Assembly (NCBI GenBank): GCA_044506615.1
Contig: JBIQKJ010000016.1
Span: forward strand, 2,704-66,703
Direction of reading: 5' to 3'
Length of the DNA stretch: 64,000 bases
Source: Chloroflexota bacterium
GTDB taxonomy: Bacteria > Chloroflexota > Limnocylindria > Limnocylindrales > CSP1-4
Positions 34,295 through 44,139 of the stretch are shown here, one piece after another. Each line of letters starts with the position of its first letter. The stretch's first letter is position 1. Position numbers and translations under genes: made by a program. The notes under the pieces are model-generated. The model did not search any database. It saw nothing but the letters and a program-made list of their open reading frames with translations, and had not been told where the DNA came from.

Positions 34295-35809
34295 ATGCAG
34301 CTTCGTGTCGTCACCGACCAGCCCTGGGAGGTCCAGGCCGACGTGCTCGTCGTCCCGGTCACCGGCGAGCCCGCGTTCGACGGCGAGGCGGGCGAGATCG
34401 ATCGGCGCAGCGGCGGTGAGCTGCGAGCGCTGGCGACGTTCGGTGAGCTCAAGAGCAAGCGCTACGCGACCGCGCTGGCCGGCTCCGGTGCGCTGCCGGT
34501 CCGCCGGGTCCTGACGGTCGGCGCGGGCGACGGCACCACGCTCGACCGAGAGACCGTCGTGCGCATCGCGGGCGCGGCGATCCGGCGCCTCGGCGGGCGA
34601 GACGTGTCGAGCCTCGCGTTCTGGCTCCCGCCGCTCGCCGATGTCCTCGACGGCGGGGCGGTCGCGGCCGCCGAGCTCGTCGCGCGCGGGATCGTCGAGG
34701 GGGCCTACGAGCCTCAGGCCATCTACCGGGACACGGTCGAGAGCGCGCCGCCCGACCTCGACGAGCTGATCCTCGTCGTGCCGGCCGGGGCCGACACCGC
34801 CGCGGCCACGAAGGCCGGCGAGCGCGGCCAGATCATCGGCGAGGGCTCGAACACCGCCCGGACGCTGTCGAACCGCGCCTCCAACGACGTCTCGCCCGAG
34901 GTCCTCGCCGGTGAGGCACGCGCGATCGCCGAGCGGCACGGCCTGTGGATCGACGTGATCGAGCCCGATCGCGCCACCGAGCTCGGCATGGGCATGTTCA
35001 TGGCGGTCGGCCGGGGGAGCTCGAACCCACCGCGGATGATCGTCATGCGCTCGGGCGGGGAGGGTGAGCGCGACGCGCTCGACCGGCACCTCGCGATCGT
35101 CGGCAAGGGCGTCTGCTTCGACTCGGGCGGGATCAGCATCAAGCCGTCCGACCGGATGGAAGAGATGAAGATGGACAAGACCGGTGCGTGCACCGTGATC
35201 GCGGCCATCGAGACGGTCGCCCGGCTGGCGCCCGGCACGCCGCTGCTCGCGCTCGCCCCGGCCGTCGAGAACATGCCCGGGCCGCACTCGACGCGGCCCG
35301 GCGACATCGTGACCGCGCTCAACGGCAAGAAGGTCGACATCACGAACACGGACGCGGAGGGCCGGCTGATCCTGGGCGACGCGATGACCTACGCCGAGCA
35401 GCTCGGGGCGACCCACCTGGTCGACACCGCCACGTTGACCGGGGCGGTCGCGCGCGCGCTCGGTCACCTGGTGACCGGTGCGTTCGGGCAGCCGCAGGGC
35501 TTCTACGACGAGGTCATGGCGGCCGCCGACCGGGCAGGGGAGCGGTACTGGCAGCTGCCGCTCGTCGAGGACTACGTCCCGGAGATGGAGAGCTGGTACG
35601 GCGACCTCCAGAACTCCGGGGCGGCCGAGGGCGGGCTGGTCCGCAGCGGGCTCTTCCTGCGCGAGTTCGTGACGAAGCCGTGGGTCCACCTCGACATCGC
35701 GGGCACGGCCTACTACCGGAAGCCGACCGCGTGGGCGCCGCGCGGCGCGACCGGCGTGTCGCATCCCACGCTCGTCGAGCTCGCGCTCGCCGGGGCGCGA
35801 ACCGCCTGA
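34295..35809 (+). CDS. pepA: Leucyl aminopeptidase (M17)
   Basis: ATG 34295 after GGAGGAG. VGKGVCFDSGGISIKP, NTDAEGRLILGDA, M17 C-terminal domain. The track ORF start 33689 is an upstream extension. Confidence 0.9.
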   Translation: MQLRVVTDQPWEVQADVLVVPVTGEPAFDGEAGEIDRRSGGELRALATFGELKSKRYATALAGSGALPVRRVLTVGAGDGTTLDRETVVRIAGAAIRRLGGRDVSSLAFWLPPLADVLDGGAVAAAELVARGIVEGAYEPQAIYRDTVESAPPDLDELILVVPAGADTAAATKAGERGQIIGEGSNTARTLSNRASNDVSPEVLAGEARAIAERHGLWIDVIEPDRATELGMGMFMAVGRGSSNPPRMIVMRSGGEGERDALDRHLAIVGKGVCFDSGGISIKPSDRMEEMKMDKTGACTVIAAIETVARLAPGTPLLALAPAVENMPGPHSTRPGDIVTALNGKKVDITNTDAEGRLILGDAMTYAEQLGATHLVDTATLTGAVARALGHLVTGAFGQPQGFYDEVMAAADRAGERYWQLPLVEDYVPEMESWYGDLQNSGAAEGGLVRSGLFLREFVTKPWVHLDIAGTAYYRKPTAWAPRGATGVSHPTLVELALAGARTA

Positions 35810-35828
35810 CCGGGTCCGTCCGACACCG

Positions 35829-36503
35829 GTGAGCCTCGACGCGCCCGTCGTCGGGCTCCTCCTCGCGGCCGCCGGCGCGGTCCTCGGGTTTGGGGCGGAT
35901 CGCCTCGCGGTCCGCTGGCCCGAGCACGACCCGGCCGAGCCGGAGCATCCACCCGGGCGGCCGATCGGCTGGCGGACGCTGGTCGTCGTCGCCGTCGGGG
36001 CCGCGGCGTTCGGCCTGCTGCCGGGACGCCTCGGTGAGGATCCGCTGGCGCTCGTCGTGTTCGGGGCGTGGTTCGTCACGCTCGTCATCGGGCTCGCTAC
36101 CGACCTCGACCAGCGCCTCCTGCCCGACGTGCTGACGCTGCCGGTCATCCCGGTGGCGTTCGTCTACGCGTTGAGCGGGCTCAACCCGTTCGTCGGGCCG
36201 GGCTGGGTCCTGGCGGTCGGGGTCGCGTTGATCGTGCCGCTCGCGCTGTACCTACCGTCCCTGCTGTACGGGGCGGGGGCGTTCGGGCTCGGCGACGTGA
36301 AGCTGCTGGTCGGGGTCGGGCTGCTGCTCGGGTTCGACCGCGGGCTCGGCGGCGTGCTGTGGGGGCTGCTCGTGGCGGGCGCGGTGCTGCTCGTGCTGCT
36401 CCTCGCGGGACGCATCGGGCGACGGTCGTACGTGCCGTTCGGGCCGTTCCTGATCCTCGGGGCGCTGTGGGCGGCGCTCGTGCTGGGACCCACGGGAGGG
36501 TAG
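35829..36503 (+). CDS. A24-family prepilin (type IV leader) peptidase, membrane domain only
   Basis: LATDLDQRLLPDVLTLP and AFGLGDVKLLVGVGLLLG carry the two catalytic Asp contexts. Polytopic. Confidence 0.8.
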   Translation: MSLDAPVVGLLLAAAGAVLGFGADRLAVRWPEHDPAEPEHPPGRPIGWRTLVVVAVGAAAFGLLPGRLGEDPLALVVFGAWFVTLVIGLATDLDQRLLPDVLTLPVIPVAFVYALSGLNPFVGPGWVLAVGVALIVPLALYLPSLLYGAGAFGLGDVKLLVGVGLLLGFDRGLGGVLWGLLVAGAVLLVLLLAGRIGRRSYVPFGPFLILGALWAALVLGPTGG

Positions 36504-36552
36504 CGATCGATCGCGGCAACGCCGGGGAAACCGGCACGCCGGCCCGTTTCGC

Positions 36553-36611
36553 AACCCCACCGAAATGCACCGGACCCCACCAAACGGTACTACCGTCACC
36601 CCCGACCAAAG
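36553..36611 (+). repeat. Three direct C-rich repeats ACCCC(A/C)(C/G)ACC-AAA spaced about 21-24 bp
   Basis: aaccccaccgaaa (36553), gaccccaccaaac (36574), cacccccgaccaaag (36597). They lie upstream of TAGACT/TAGAAT -10-like hexamers (36641, 36655). Confidence 0.5.
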
Positions 36612-36803
36612 TGGGATGGCGGCCGCCCGGACGCGGCTCCTAGACTGCCCGGGTTAGAATGCTGGCCAGACCGGTTGGTCGTCCTGAGTGCGTGCTCACC
36701 CTCGGGGCGGCGATGAAGCCGGGTGGCCGCCCCCGTCAAGCGCTCGCGCCGAGCCCCCCGCGCGACAACGGAGACCGCTCCGACTGATGTCATCGCCTGC
36801 CTG

Positions 36804-38177
36804 ATGCCGATTCGCGACCACGAGCAGACCGTCACGTGGACATCGGCGAGGCGTCGCCCTCGCCTGAGCCGTCGACTGCTTCTCCTCCTGCTGGCGCTGC
36901 CGATGCTCCTCGGCTCGATCGGCGCGTCCCCGGTTGCCAGCCCGGTCCGGGCCGACGACCTGGCCGACGCCCGCGCCCGTCAGGCCGCCCTCAAGAAGCA
37001 GATCTCCCGGCAGCGGTCCCAGGTCTCCCAGCTCAACTCGATGCAGGCGGCGCTCTCGTCCGAGATCCGGAACACGACCCGCGAGCTTCGCTCGATCAAC
37101 GCCGACCTCACGGCGGTCCGCCGGAAGATCGGGTCGATGGAGACGAAGATCGAGGAGGTCAAGGCGGCCTACGCCGCGCTGGTCCTCGAGGGGCAGGTCC
37201 TCGCGGCCTCGCTCGCCCGGGTCGAGAAGGAGGAGCAGGAGAAGGCCGCCGACCTGCGCGAGCGCAAGAACCTGCTCGCGGAACGCATCCGGTCGGCGTA
37301 CGACACGAACCGGGTGTCCCTGCTCGAGACGCTCCTGTCGGGCGGCACCTTCACCGACCTCCTGACCGAGGCCAGCTACCTGATCGACGTCGGCGAGCAG
37401 GACAAGGCGCTCGCCCAGCAGATCGAGCGCGACCAGGAGATCCTCGCCTCGGTCCACCAGACCGTCGTCGAGACCCGGACCGCCACCCGTCGGCTGGCCC
37501 GCGAGACGGCTGCCCACAAGCGGGCCCTCGATCGAAGCCTCGCCGCGCTCAAGGATGCCAAGGCCCAGCTCGCCCGTCTCGAGAAGCAGACCAAGCGGAT
37601 GCTGGCGAAGCAGAAGGCCGCCTACCAGGAGCTGGCCCGCAACAAGAAGAACCTGCGCCAGGCGATCGCTCGTGCCCAGGCGAACCAGAAGGCGCTCGCC
37701 CGCAGGATCGACAGGATCGTCGAGCGGCAGGCGCGCGCCGGGAAGATCCCGTCGCAGTACAACGGCACGTTCCGCTGGCCGATGGTCGGTCGCATCAGCG
37801 GAGAGTTCGGGTGCAGCTCGTACCCGGGCTACGGGCCGGGCTACGGCTGTGCGCACTTCCACAACGGGATCGACATCGTGGCGGACTACGGGACACCGAT
37901 CCGGGCCGCCGGCCCCGGCACCGTGGTCCACGTCGGCTACAACTGGGCGGACGGCGCAGACCCGGCCTGGATCGTGATCATCGCCCACTCGACCAGCCTC
38001 AAGACGTGGTACGCCCACATGCAGCCGCGATCGCCGAGCGGCATCCGGGTCGGTGCCCGGGTCAAGGCCGGCCAGATCGTCGGCTGGGAGGGCAACACCG
38101 GCAACTCGACCGGCGCCCACCTCCACTGGATGGTCGAGTTGAACGGCACCTGGAAGAACCCGCGGCTGTTCCTCTAG
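36804..38177 (+). CDS. Secreted coiled-coil M23 peptidoglycan endopeptidase (EnvC/PcsB-like architecture)
   Basis: Signal peptide. About 280 aa of heptad-like coiled coil. C-terminal HNGIDI...GNTGNSTGAHLHW M23 motifs. Start ATG 36804 (or GTG 36834). Confidence 0.85.
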   Translation: MPIRDHEQTVTWTSARRRPRLSRRLLLLLLALPMLLGSIGASPVASPVRADDLADARARQAALKKQISRQRSQVSQLNSMQAALSSEIRNTTRELRSINADLTAVRRKIGSMETKIEEVKAAYAALVLEGQVLAASLARVEKEEQEKAADLRERKNLLAERIRSAYDTNRVSLLETLLSGGTFTDLLTEASYLIDVGEQDKALAQQIERDQEILASVHQTVVETRTATRRLARETAAHKRALDRSLAALKDAKAQLARLEKQTKRMLAKQKAAYQELARNKKNLRQAIARAQANQKALARRIDRIVERQARAGKIPSQYNGTFRWPMVGRISGEFGCSSYPGYGPGYGCAHFHNGIDIVADYGTPIRAAGPGTVVHVGYNWADGADPAWIVIIAHSTSLKTWYAHMQPRSPSGIRVGARVKAGQIVGWEGNTGNSTGAHLHWMVELNGTWKNPRLFL

Positions 38178-38300
38178 GCCCGGGGCTGGGATCTTCCAGC
38201 CGCGCGTTGTCGGCTCCGTGCGTTCGCCTCCCCCAGGCGTCGGCACGCTGCGTGCTAGCATCCGCCCGACGGCGCCGCCCCCATGCACGAGGATCCGGGC

Positions 38301-39683
38301 GTGAAGAGAACGATGGCGGTGATCCTGGCCGGCGGCGAGGGTGAGCGGCTCTCGATCCTGTCCCAGAAGCGGGCCAAGCCGGCCGTCCCGTTCGGCGGCA
38401 AGTACCGGATCATCGACTTCACGCTGTCGAACTGCGTCAACTCCGACATCGACGACGTCGTCGTCCTGACCCAGTACAACCCGCGCTCGCTCAACGACCA
38501 CATCGGTCTCGGCCGCCCGTGGGACCTCGACCGCAACTACGGCGGCGTCAAGCTCCGCCAGCCGTGGATCGCCCGCGGGCGGGTCGCCGAGTGGTACCGC
38601 GGGACGGCCGACGCGGTGCTCCAGAACCTCGGCGAGATCGAGCAGTCGAGCGCCGACACGATCCTGGTCCTCGCGGGGGACCACATCTACAAGATGGACT
38701 ACCAGCCCTTCGTGCAGGCCCACCGCCGCAAGCGGGCCGACGTCACGATCGCCGTCCGTCACGTCCCGCTCGCCGACGCATCGCGCATGGGAGTCCTCGG
38801 GCTCGACGAGCAGAACCGCGTCGTCGAGTGGCAGGAGAAGCCGAAGCAGCCGAAGAGCGACCTGGCCTCGATGGGCGTCTACGTCTTCTCCAAGAAGGCG
38901 CTCCGGCGCTGGCTCTCGCCGGACCTCGTCGACTTCGGGAAGCACGTCATCCCGGCGATGCTCGATGCCGGCGCTCGCGTCTTCGGCTACCGCTTCGAGG
39001 GCTACTGGCAGGACGTCGGCACGATCCAGTCCTACTGGGAGTCGAACATGGCGCTCCTGGCCGATGAGCCCGAGTTCGACCTGTACGACAAGGACTGGGT
39101 CATCCACACGCGCTCCGAAGAGCGAGCGCCCGCGAAGATCGGCCCGACCGCCCAGGTCCACCGGAGTCTCATCAGCCACGGCTGCCAGGTCCACGGGATG
39201 GTGGTCAACTCGGTGCTGTCGCCCGGCGTGCGCGTCGACATGGGCGCGGTCGTGCGCGACTCGATCGTCATGTTCGACACCCACATCCGGTCGGGCGCCG
39301 TCGTCGACCGCGCGATCCTCGACAAGGAGGTGGTCGTCGGCCCGGGCGCGATCGTCGGCGAGGGGCCGGACTTCGACCGGCCCAACCGCAAGGAACCGAA
39401 CCGCCTCAACACCGGCATCACGGTCGTCGGCAAGCGGGCGGTGATCCCGCGCGGGACGCGGCTCGGGCGGAACGTGAAGGTCGCTGCCGATGCGCGATCG
39501 TCGGACTTCACCTCGCGGATCGTCCGCAGCGGGGAGTCCGTCGAGGTGAAGGGCGCGCAGCGGCGCTCGAGCGTGGAGGCCGACGGCGGCGCGGCCGACG
39601 CGGTCGTCGCGAGCACCCCGATGTCGGCCGAGGCGGCAGTGGGCGGCGGCGGCGCGGGGAAGCGCGCAGAGCCCGAGCCGTAG
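38301..39683 (+). CDS. glgC: Glucose-1-phosphate adenylyltransferase with about 60-aa low-complexity C-terminal tail
   Basis: [60 protein letters not shown]. Left-handed beta-helix C-domain. Start GTG 38301 or ATG 38313. Confidence 0.9.
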   Translation: MKRTMAVILAGGEGERLSILSQKRAKPAVPFGGKYRIIDFTLSNCVNSDIDDVVVLTQYNPRSLNDHIGLGRPWDLDRNYGGVKLRQPWIARGRVAEWYRGTADAVLQNLGEIEQSSADTILVLAGDHIYKMDYQPFVQAHRRKRADVTIAVRHVPLADASRMGVLGLDEQNRVVEWQEKPKQPKSDLASMGVYVFSKKALRRWLSPDLVDFGKHVIPAMLDAGARVFGYRFEGYWQDVGTIQSYWESNMALLADEPEFDLYDKDWVIHTRSEERAPAKIGPTAQVHRSLISHGCQVHGMVVNSVLSPGVRVDMGAVVRDSIVMFDTHIRSGAVVDRAILDKEVVVGPGAIVGEGPDFDRPNRKEPNRLNTGITVVGKRAVIPRGTRLGRNVKVAADARSSDFTSRIVRSGESVEVKGAQRRSSVEADGGAADAVVASTPMSAEAAVGGGGAGKRAEPEP

Positions 39684-39752
39684 GTCCTCGCAGCGGACGG
39701 GCCGGCCGCGCGATCCGCTCACCGGGGCGATGTCGGCTAGACTCCCCGGGCT

Positions 39753-40391
39753 ATGTCATCCGCCGCACCCGGCGCGCGCAGCGTGCGCCCGGCCGACGTC
39801 GAGGCATGGTTCGCGGAGCTCGGGCTCGAGCCGATGGAGCGCGCGGACCGCGAGGTCGTCACCAGCTGGGACCTCGTCCTCGACGGGCGCCGCCGCTTCG
39901 ATCTTCGCGTCACGATCCTCCTCGACCCCGCCCTCGGGCTGATCTGCTGGGGCCACTTCGCGCCGCCGATCAACGACCTCTTCCGGCGGTCCTACCGCAA
40001 GTTCCTGCGCTGGAACGACGAGTTCCCGTTCGCCAAGTTCTCGGTCGGGGAGGACGAGCGGCCGATGCTGTCGGTCGAGCTGCCGCCCGACGCGCTCGAC
40101 GCCGACCGCCTGGGGCTCGCGCTCGCGCGGATCGTGGGGATCGCCGACGCGCTGTTCGAGGAGTCGAAGGGCTGGCTGTGGATCGGCGGTCGCGGGCCCG
40201 ACTGGTCGGAGCGCACCTCGCGGAACGCCGCGCTGCTCGAGCGATACGCGCCGCGACTCCCCGAGCTGTTCGACGACGCGGACGACGCGGACGCCGCGGA
40301 CGACCCGGACGCCGCGGACGACCCCGACGCGGCCGGCGCCGGCGCCGGTGAGGAGGCCCCAACCCCGGCGGAGGCCGCCCCGACGCGATGA
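39753..40391 (+). CDS. YbjN-like (secretion-chaperone-fold) protein with acidic repeat tail
   Basis: WDLVLDGRRRFDLRVTILLDPALGLICWGHFAP...FLRWNDEFPFAKFSVGEDERPMLSVELP resembles YbjN-family layout. The tail is DDADDADAADDPDAADDPDAA. Confidence 0.6.
   Translation: MSSAAPGARSVRPADVEAWFAELGLEPMERADREVVTSWDLVLDGRRRFDLRVTILLDPALGLICWGHFAPPINDLFRRSYRKFLRWNDEFPFAKFSVGEDERPMLSVELPPDALDADRLGLALARIVGIADALFEESKGWLWIGGRGPDWSERTSRNAALLERYAPRLPELFDDADDADAADDPDAADDPDAAGAGAGEEAPTPAEAAPTR
40272..40331 (+). repeat. In-frame tandem repeats (2 x 18 bp plus degenerate GACGACGCG units) encoding the acidic tail
   Basis: gacgccgcggacgacccg (40290) / gacgccgcggacgacccc (40308) read directly. Confidence 0.8.
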
Positions 40392-42430
40392 CCTCCCGAT
40401 CCCGTCTCGTTCCGCTGCTCCTGGCCACGGTCGTGGCGCTGGGCCTCGTCGCCGCTCCGCCGAACGCGCCCGAGGCCCGTGCCGCGACGCCGGACCTCAC
40501 GATCGTCAGCGACGCCCACTACGTCGTCCAGCCTGCCGAGCGCCGCGTCCGGATCACGCTCGACCTCACGCTGCGCAACCGGCTCCGCGACACGGCCACC
40601 CGGCGCTTCTACTTCGACCGCGCGTTCCTCGCGGTCCTCCCCGGGACGTCCGGCTTCCGCCTGAGCACGTCGGGCGCCAAGCCGTCCGTGCGGGTCGTCC
40701 GGCGCCACCGTGACTACACGCTGCTTCAGCTCAACCTCGGGCAGCGCCTGTTCAGCCAGCGGACCGCGAGCTACCGGCTGCAGTTCGACCTCCGCGATCG
40801 CGGCGGCGCGCTGACCCGCAACGTCCGGATCGGCGACGCGCTCGCCTCCTTCCCGGTCTGGGCGTTCGCCTCCGACGACACGCCCGGGAGCACGGTCCGG
40901 GTCACCTTCCCCGAGGGCTTCACGATCGACGTCGAGTCGGGCGAGATGCCCGATCCGGTCACCGAGCCGAACGGGAACACGGTCTTCACCACCGGTCGGC
41001 TCGAGCGGCCGTTGGAGTTCTTCGCCTACCTGGTCGCGGACCGGCCCGGCGCCTACGAGGAGCACCAGCGCACGGCTCGGATCGGCGACGAGGCGGTGGA
41101 GGTCACCATCCGTGCCTGGCGCGACGATCCGGACTGGGCGAAGCGCGTCGCCGGCCTCTTCCAGCGCGGCCTGCCCGCCCTCGCGGAGCGTATCGGGCTC
41201 GACTGGCCGCGCGACGGCGGCCTCGTCGTCGAGGAGGCGGTCAGCCGCTCGACCGGCGGCTACGCGGGGTTGTTCGACACCGCGAGGGGTCGGGTCGAGG
41301 TCGCGTACTACGCCGACAACTACGTCGTGCTCCACGAGGCCGCCCACGCCTGGTTCAACGGGACGCTGCTGGCCGATCGCTGGGCGAGCGAGGGCTTCGC
41401 GTCGTACTACGCGCTCGAGGCGGCGGAGGCGCTGGAGGTCGAAGCGGCCGGCGATCGCCTGACCGACGAGCTCCGCACGTCGCGCATCCAGCTGAACGCA
41501 TGGGGCGCGATCGGGCGCGAGGAAACGGCGACCGAGGATTACGCGTACGCGGCGACGCTCGAGGTCGCACGCCTGATCGCTGAGCGTGCCGGCGAGGATG
41601 GGCTGCGCGAGGTGTGGCGGGCCGCCGCGGATCGGTTCGGCGCCTACCAGCCGCCGGACGCGCCCGAGACGGCTCGGCCCGAGATGGTGCCCGGCCCGCC
41701 CGATTGGCGCGGTCTGCTCGACCTGCTCGAGGATCGGACCGGCGCCGACTTCGACGACCTGTGGGTCGAGTGGGTGATCCGGCCCGAAGACGCGCCGCTC
41801 CTCGAGGATCGCGAGGCGGCGCGCGACCGCTACGACCAGGTGCTCGACGAGGCCGAGGGCTGGCGTCTGCCGCGACCGATCCGCGACGCCCTGCGCGCCT
41901 GGCAATTCGACGCGGCGACCGATCTGCTCAGCGAGGCATCGGCCGTCCTTGCCCGCCGCGAGGCGATCGACGCAGCCGCGGCCGAGGTCGGGCTCACGCC
42001 GCCCGCCACGCTTCGCGAGACCTTCGAGGGCGACGACGGGTTCGCCGATGCCGTGGCGGAAGCCGACGCCCAGGAGGCGACGATCGAGCGCTACGCGGAC
42101 GCGCTCGACGGACGCCCCGAGGACCCGGACGTCTTCGTCCAGCTCGGCCTCCTCGACGCCGACCCCGAGTCGGACCTCGCGGCCGCGCGGACGGCCTTCG
42201 CCGCGGGCGATCTGGACGCTGCCGCCCGGTCGGCCGATCTCGCGCTCGCGACCTGGCTGAGCGCGCCGCAGGTCGGGCAGAGCCGGGCGGTGCTGATCGC
42301 GATCGCGGCCGTGGCGGCCCTCGTCCTGCTCGCGCTGCTGCTGATGGCGTTCGTGCGCTGGCGTCGCGGCCGACGTCGCATGCGGATGGCACACCTCGAG
42401 ACGCCGCCCGGGCCGCCTTGCGGCCCCTGA
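40388..42430 (+). CDS. Secreted gluzincin (M1-like HExxH) peptidase with C-terminal membrane anchor
   Basis: ATGA overlap with the upstream stop. Signal peptide ...APEARA. VLHEAAHAWFNG...WASEGFASYY (HExxH + E). C-terminal TM AVLIAIAAVAALVLLALLLMAF followed by RRGRRR. Confidence 0.75.
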   Translation: MTSRSRLVPLLLATVVALGLVAAPPNAPEARAATPDLTIVSDAHYVVQPAERRVRITLDLTLRNRLRDTATRRFYFDRAFLAVLPGTSGFRLSTSGAKPSVRVVRRHRDYTLLQLNLGQRLFSQRTASYRLQFDLRDRGGALTRNVRIGDALASFPVWAFASDDTPGSTVRVTFPEGFTIDVESGEMPDPVTEPNGNTVFTTGRLERPLEFFAYLVADRPGAYEEHQRTARIGDEAVEVTIRAWRDDPDWAKRVAGLFQRGLPALAERIGLDWPRDGGLVVEEAVSRSTGGYAGLFDTARGRVEVAYYADNYVVLHEAAHAWFNGTLLADRWASEGFASYYALEAAEALEVEAAGDRLTDELRTSRIQLNAWGAIGREETATEDYAYAATLEVARLIAERAGEDGLREVWRAAADRFGAYQPPDAPETARPEMVPGPPDWRGLLDLLEDRTGADFDDLWVEWVIRPEDAPLLEDREAARDRYDQVLDEAEGWRLPRPIRDALRAWQFDAATDLLSEASAVLARREAIDAAAAEVGLTPPATLRETFEGDDGFADAVAEADAQEATIERYADALDGRPEDPDVFVQLGLLDADPESDLAAARTAFAAGDLDAAARSADLALATWLSAPQVGQSRAVLIAIAAVAALVLLALLLMAFVRWRRGRRRMRMAHLETPPGPPCGP

Positions 42431-42565
42431 CGACGGCCTCCCTCCCGCCGACGCACGGGGTCCTGCGCTACACTCGCGGCCACCTCGACCGGGATGGAGG
42501 GGGACGAGCACAGCACGAGGAACGATGGTGCCACTCGCAGGCCGGACGGCCGATCTCGCGCGCTG

Positions 42566-43600
42566 ATGGGCCTCCAGCGTCCGCGCCCCTCATCGGAGAT
42601 CCTCTCGGGCGACTCGGCCGACGTCTACTTCGCGCGGGCCGAGCGGATCCTCGACGCGGAAGGCCTCGACCCGATGGTCACGATGGAGGTCTTCACCCGA
42701 CAGTCGGCCGTGCTGTGCGGGATCGACGAGGCGAAGAACCTGCTCGGCCACGTGCTCGCCGACGCCGACCCGTCCGAGGTCTGCGTCGAGGCGCTCGACG
42801 ACGGCGACCTGATCGCGCCGAAGGAGATCGTGCTCCGGATCCGTGCCCGGTACCGCCGCTTCGGTCTGTACGAGACGGCCTTCCTCGGCATGCTCGCGCA
42901 GTCGACCGGGTGGGCGAGCGCGGCTCGCGAGTGCGTCGAGGCGGCCGCCCCGGACCCGGTCATCTCGTTCGGCGCCCGGCACATCCATCCGGACATCACC
43001 GACGTGCTCGACTACGCTGCGATCGTCGGCGGGTGCGTCGGCGCGTCGACGCCGGCGGGGGCGCGTCTGGCCGGCCTGAACCCCACCGGGACCATGCCGC
43101 ACTCGCTCGTGCTGATCTTCGGCGACACGGTCGACGCTGCGCTAGCGTTCGACCGGCACGTCGAGCGCGACGTGCCCCGGATCGTGCTGATCGACACGTT
43201 CAAGGACGAGGCGGAGGAGGCGCTCCGGGTCGCGCACGCCCTCGGGGATCGCCTGTACGGCATCCGGCTCGACACGCCCTCCGAGCGCGGCCGGGTCACG
43301 GCGGATCTCGTGCACGAAGTGCGCGCGCGGCTCGACCAGGCCGACTTCCACCACGTCAGGATCGTCGTGTCGGGCGGGCTCAACCCGGACCGCATCCGCT
43401 ACTTCAAGGACGCGGGCGCACCGGTCGATTCGTTCGCGGTCGGGTCGTACATCAGCGGCGCGACCCCGATCGACTTCACCGGCGACATCAAGGAGATCGA
43501 CGGCACGCCGATCGCGAAGCGCGGCCGAATCCCGGGAGTCACCGAGAGCCCGCGGCTCAAGCCGGTCGACCTGGCGCCGTGGCGCGAGGGGCGCACCTGA
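42566..43600 (+). CDS. Nicotinate phosphoribosyltransferase family protein (short, archaeal-like type)
   Basis: YFARAERIL..., FGARHIHP, GTMPHSLVLIF, LIDTFKDE, GIRLDTP, VSGGLN are type II PRTase barrel motifs. Start ATG 42566 is inferred. Confidence 0.75.
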   Translation: MGLQRPRPSSEILSGDSADVYFARAERILDAEGLDPMVTMEVFTRQSAVLCGIDEAKNLLGHVLADADPSEVCVEALDDGDLIAPKEIVLRIRARYRRFGLYETAFLGMLAQSTGWASAARECVEAAAPDPVISFGARHIHPDITDVLDYAAIVGGCVGASTPAGARLAGLNPTGTMPHSLVLIFGDTVDAALAFDRHVERDVPRIVLIDTFKDEAEEALRVAHALGDRLYGIRLDTPSERGRVTADLVHEVRARLDQADFHHVRIVVSGGLNPDRIRYFKDAGAPVDSFAVGSYISGATPIDFTGDIKEIDGTPIAKRGRIPGVTESPRLKPVDLAPWREGRT

Positions 43601-43671
43601 GACTCGTCCGAAACGGCACGGGCTGAGCGGCTCGCACGACAGCAGCGGCAGTCCGTGCGACGATCTCGGGC

Positions 43672-44052
43672 ATGGATCCGACCCCGGCCGGCGATCGCGA
43701 GACCGCCTACGACCTCTTCCAGCGCGGCAGCGCGCTGCTCAACGACCGGCACCACGCGCAGGCCGCGATCGTGCTCGAGCGCGCGGCCCGGCTCGAGCCC
43801 GGCAAGATGTCGATCCTCGAGGCGCTCGGCCGCGCGTACTTCAACTCCGGCCAGCACGAGCGGTCCCGGGCCACGTTCGCCGAGCTGCTCGAGATCGACC
43901 CGTCGGCGCACTACGCGCACTTCGCGCTCGGTCAGAGCCTCAAGCGGCTCGGCCGACGCCGCGAGGCACGGACGCATCTCAAGCTCGCGGTCGCGCTGAG
44001 CCCCGCCACGGCGCTCTACCGACAGGCGCTCGACCGACTGCCGGCCCGGTAG
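43672..44052 (+). CDS. TPR-repeat protein
   Basis: Three TPR-like units (AYDLFQRGSALLNDRHHAQAAIVLERAARLEP...). Confidence 0.7.
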   Translation: MDPTPAGDRETAYDLFQRGSALLNDRHHAQAAIVLERAARLEPGKMSILEALGRAYFNSGQHERSRATFAELLEIDPSAHYAHFALGQSLKRLGRRREARTHLKLAVALSPATALYRQALDRLPAR

Positions 44053-44139
44053 CGCGCTCCCGGGCTGAACGGCTCCGGCCCGCAGCATCGGTCCCCTGGT
44101 CGATCCCCGGAAGGCGGGCGCGCCGGGGTCGTCACGGGG

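Noticed and set aside
36660-36803. c-di-AMP (ydaO/yuaA) riboswitch upstream of the M23 cell-wall hydrolase, a context where it is known in Actinobacteria.
   Set aside because: Fragments resembling ACGGAG-ACC and CCGAC-UGAU are present but directly adjacent. In the riboswitch they are separated by the second half of the pseudo-symmetric fold. The GGGG..AAUC and CCCGAA elements are missing. The order and spacing do not fit.
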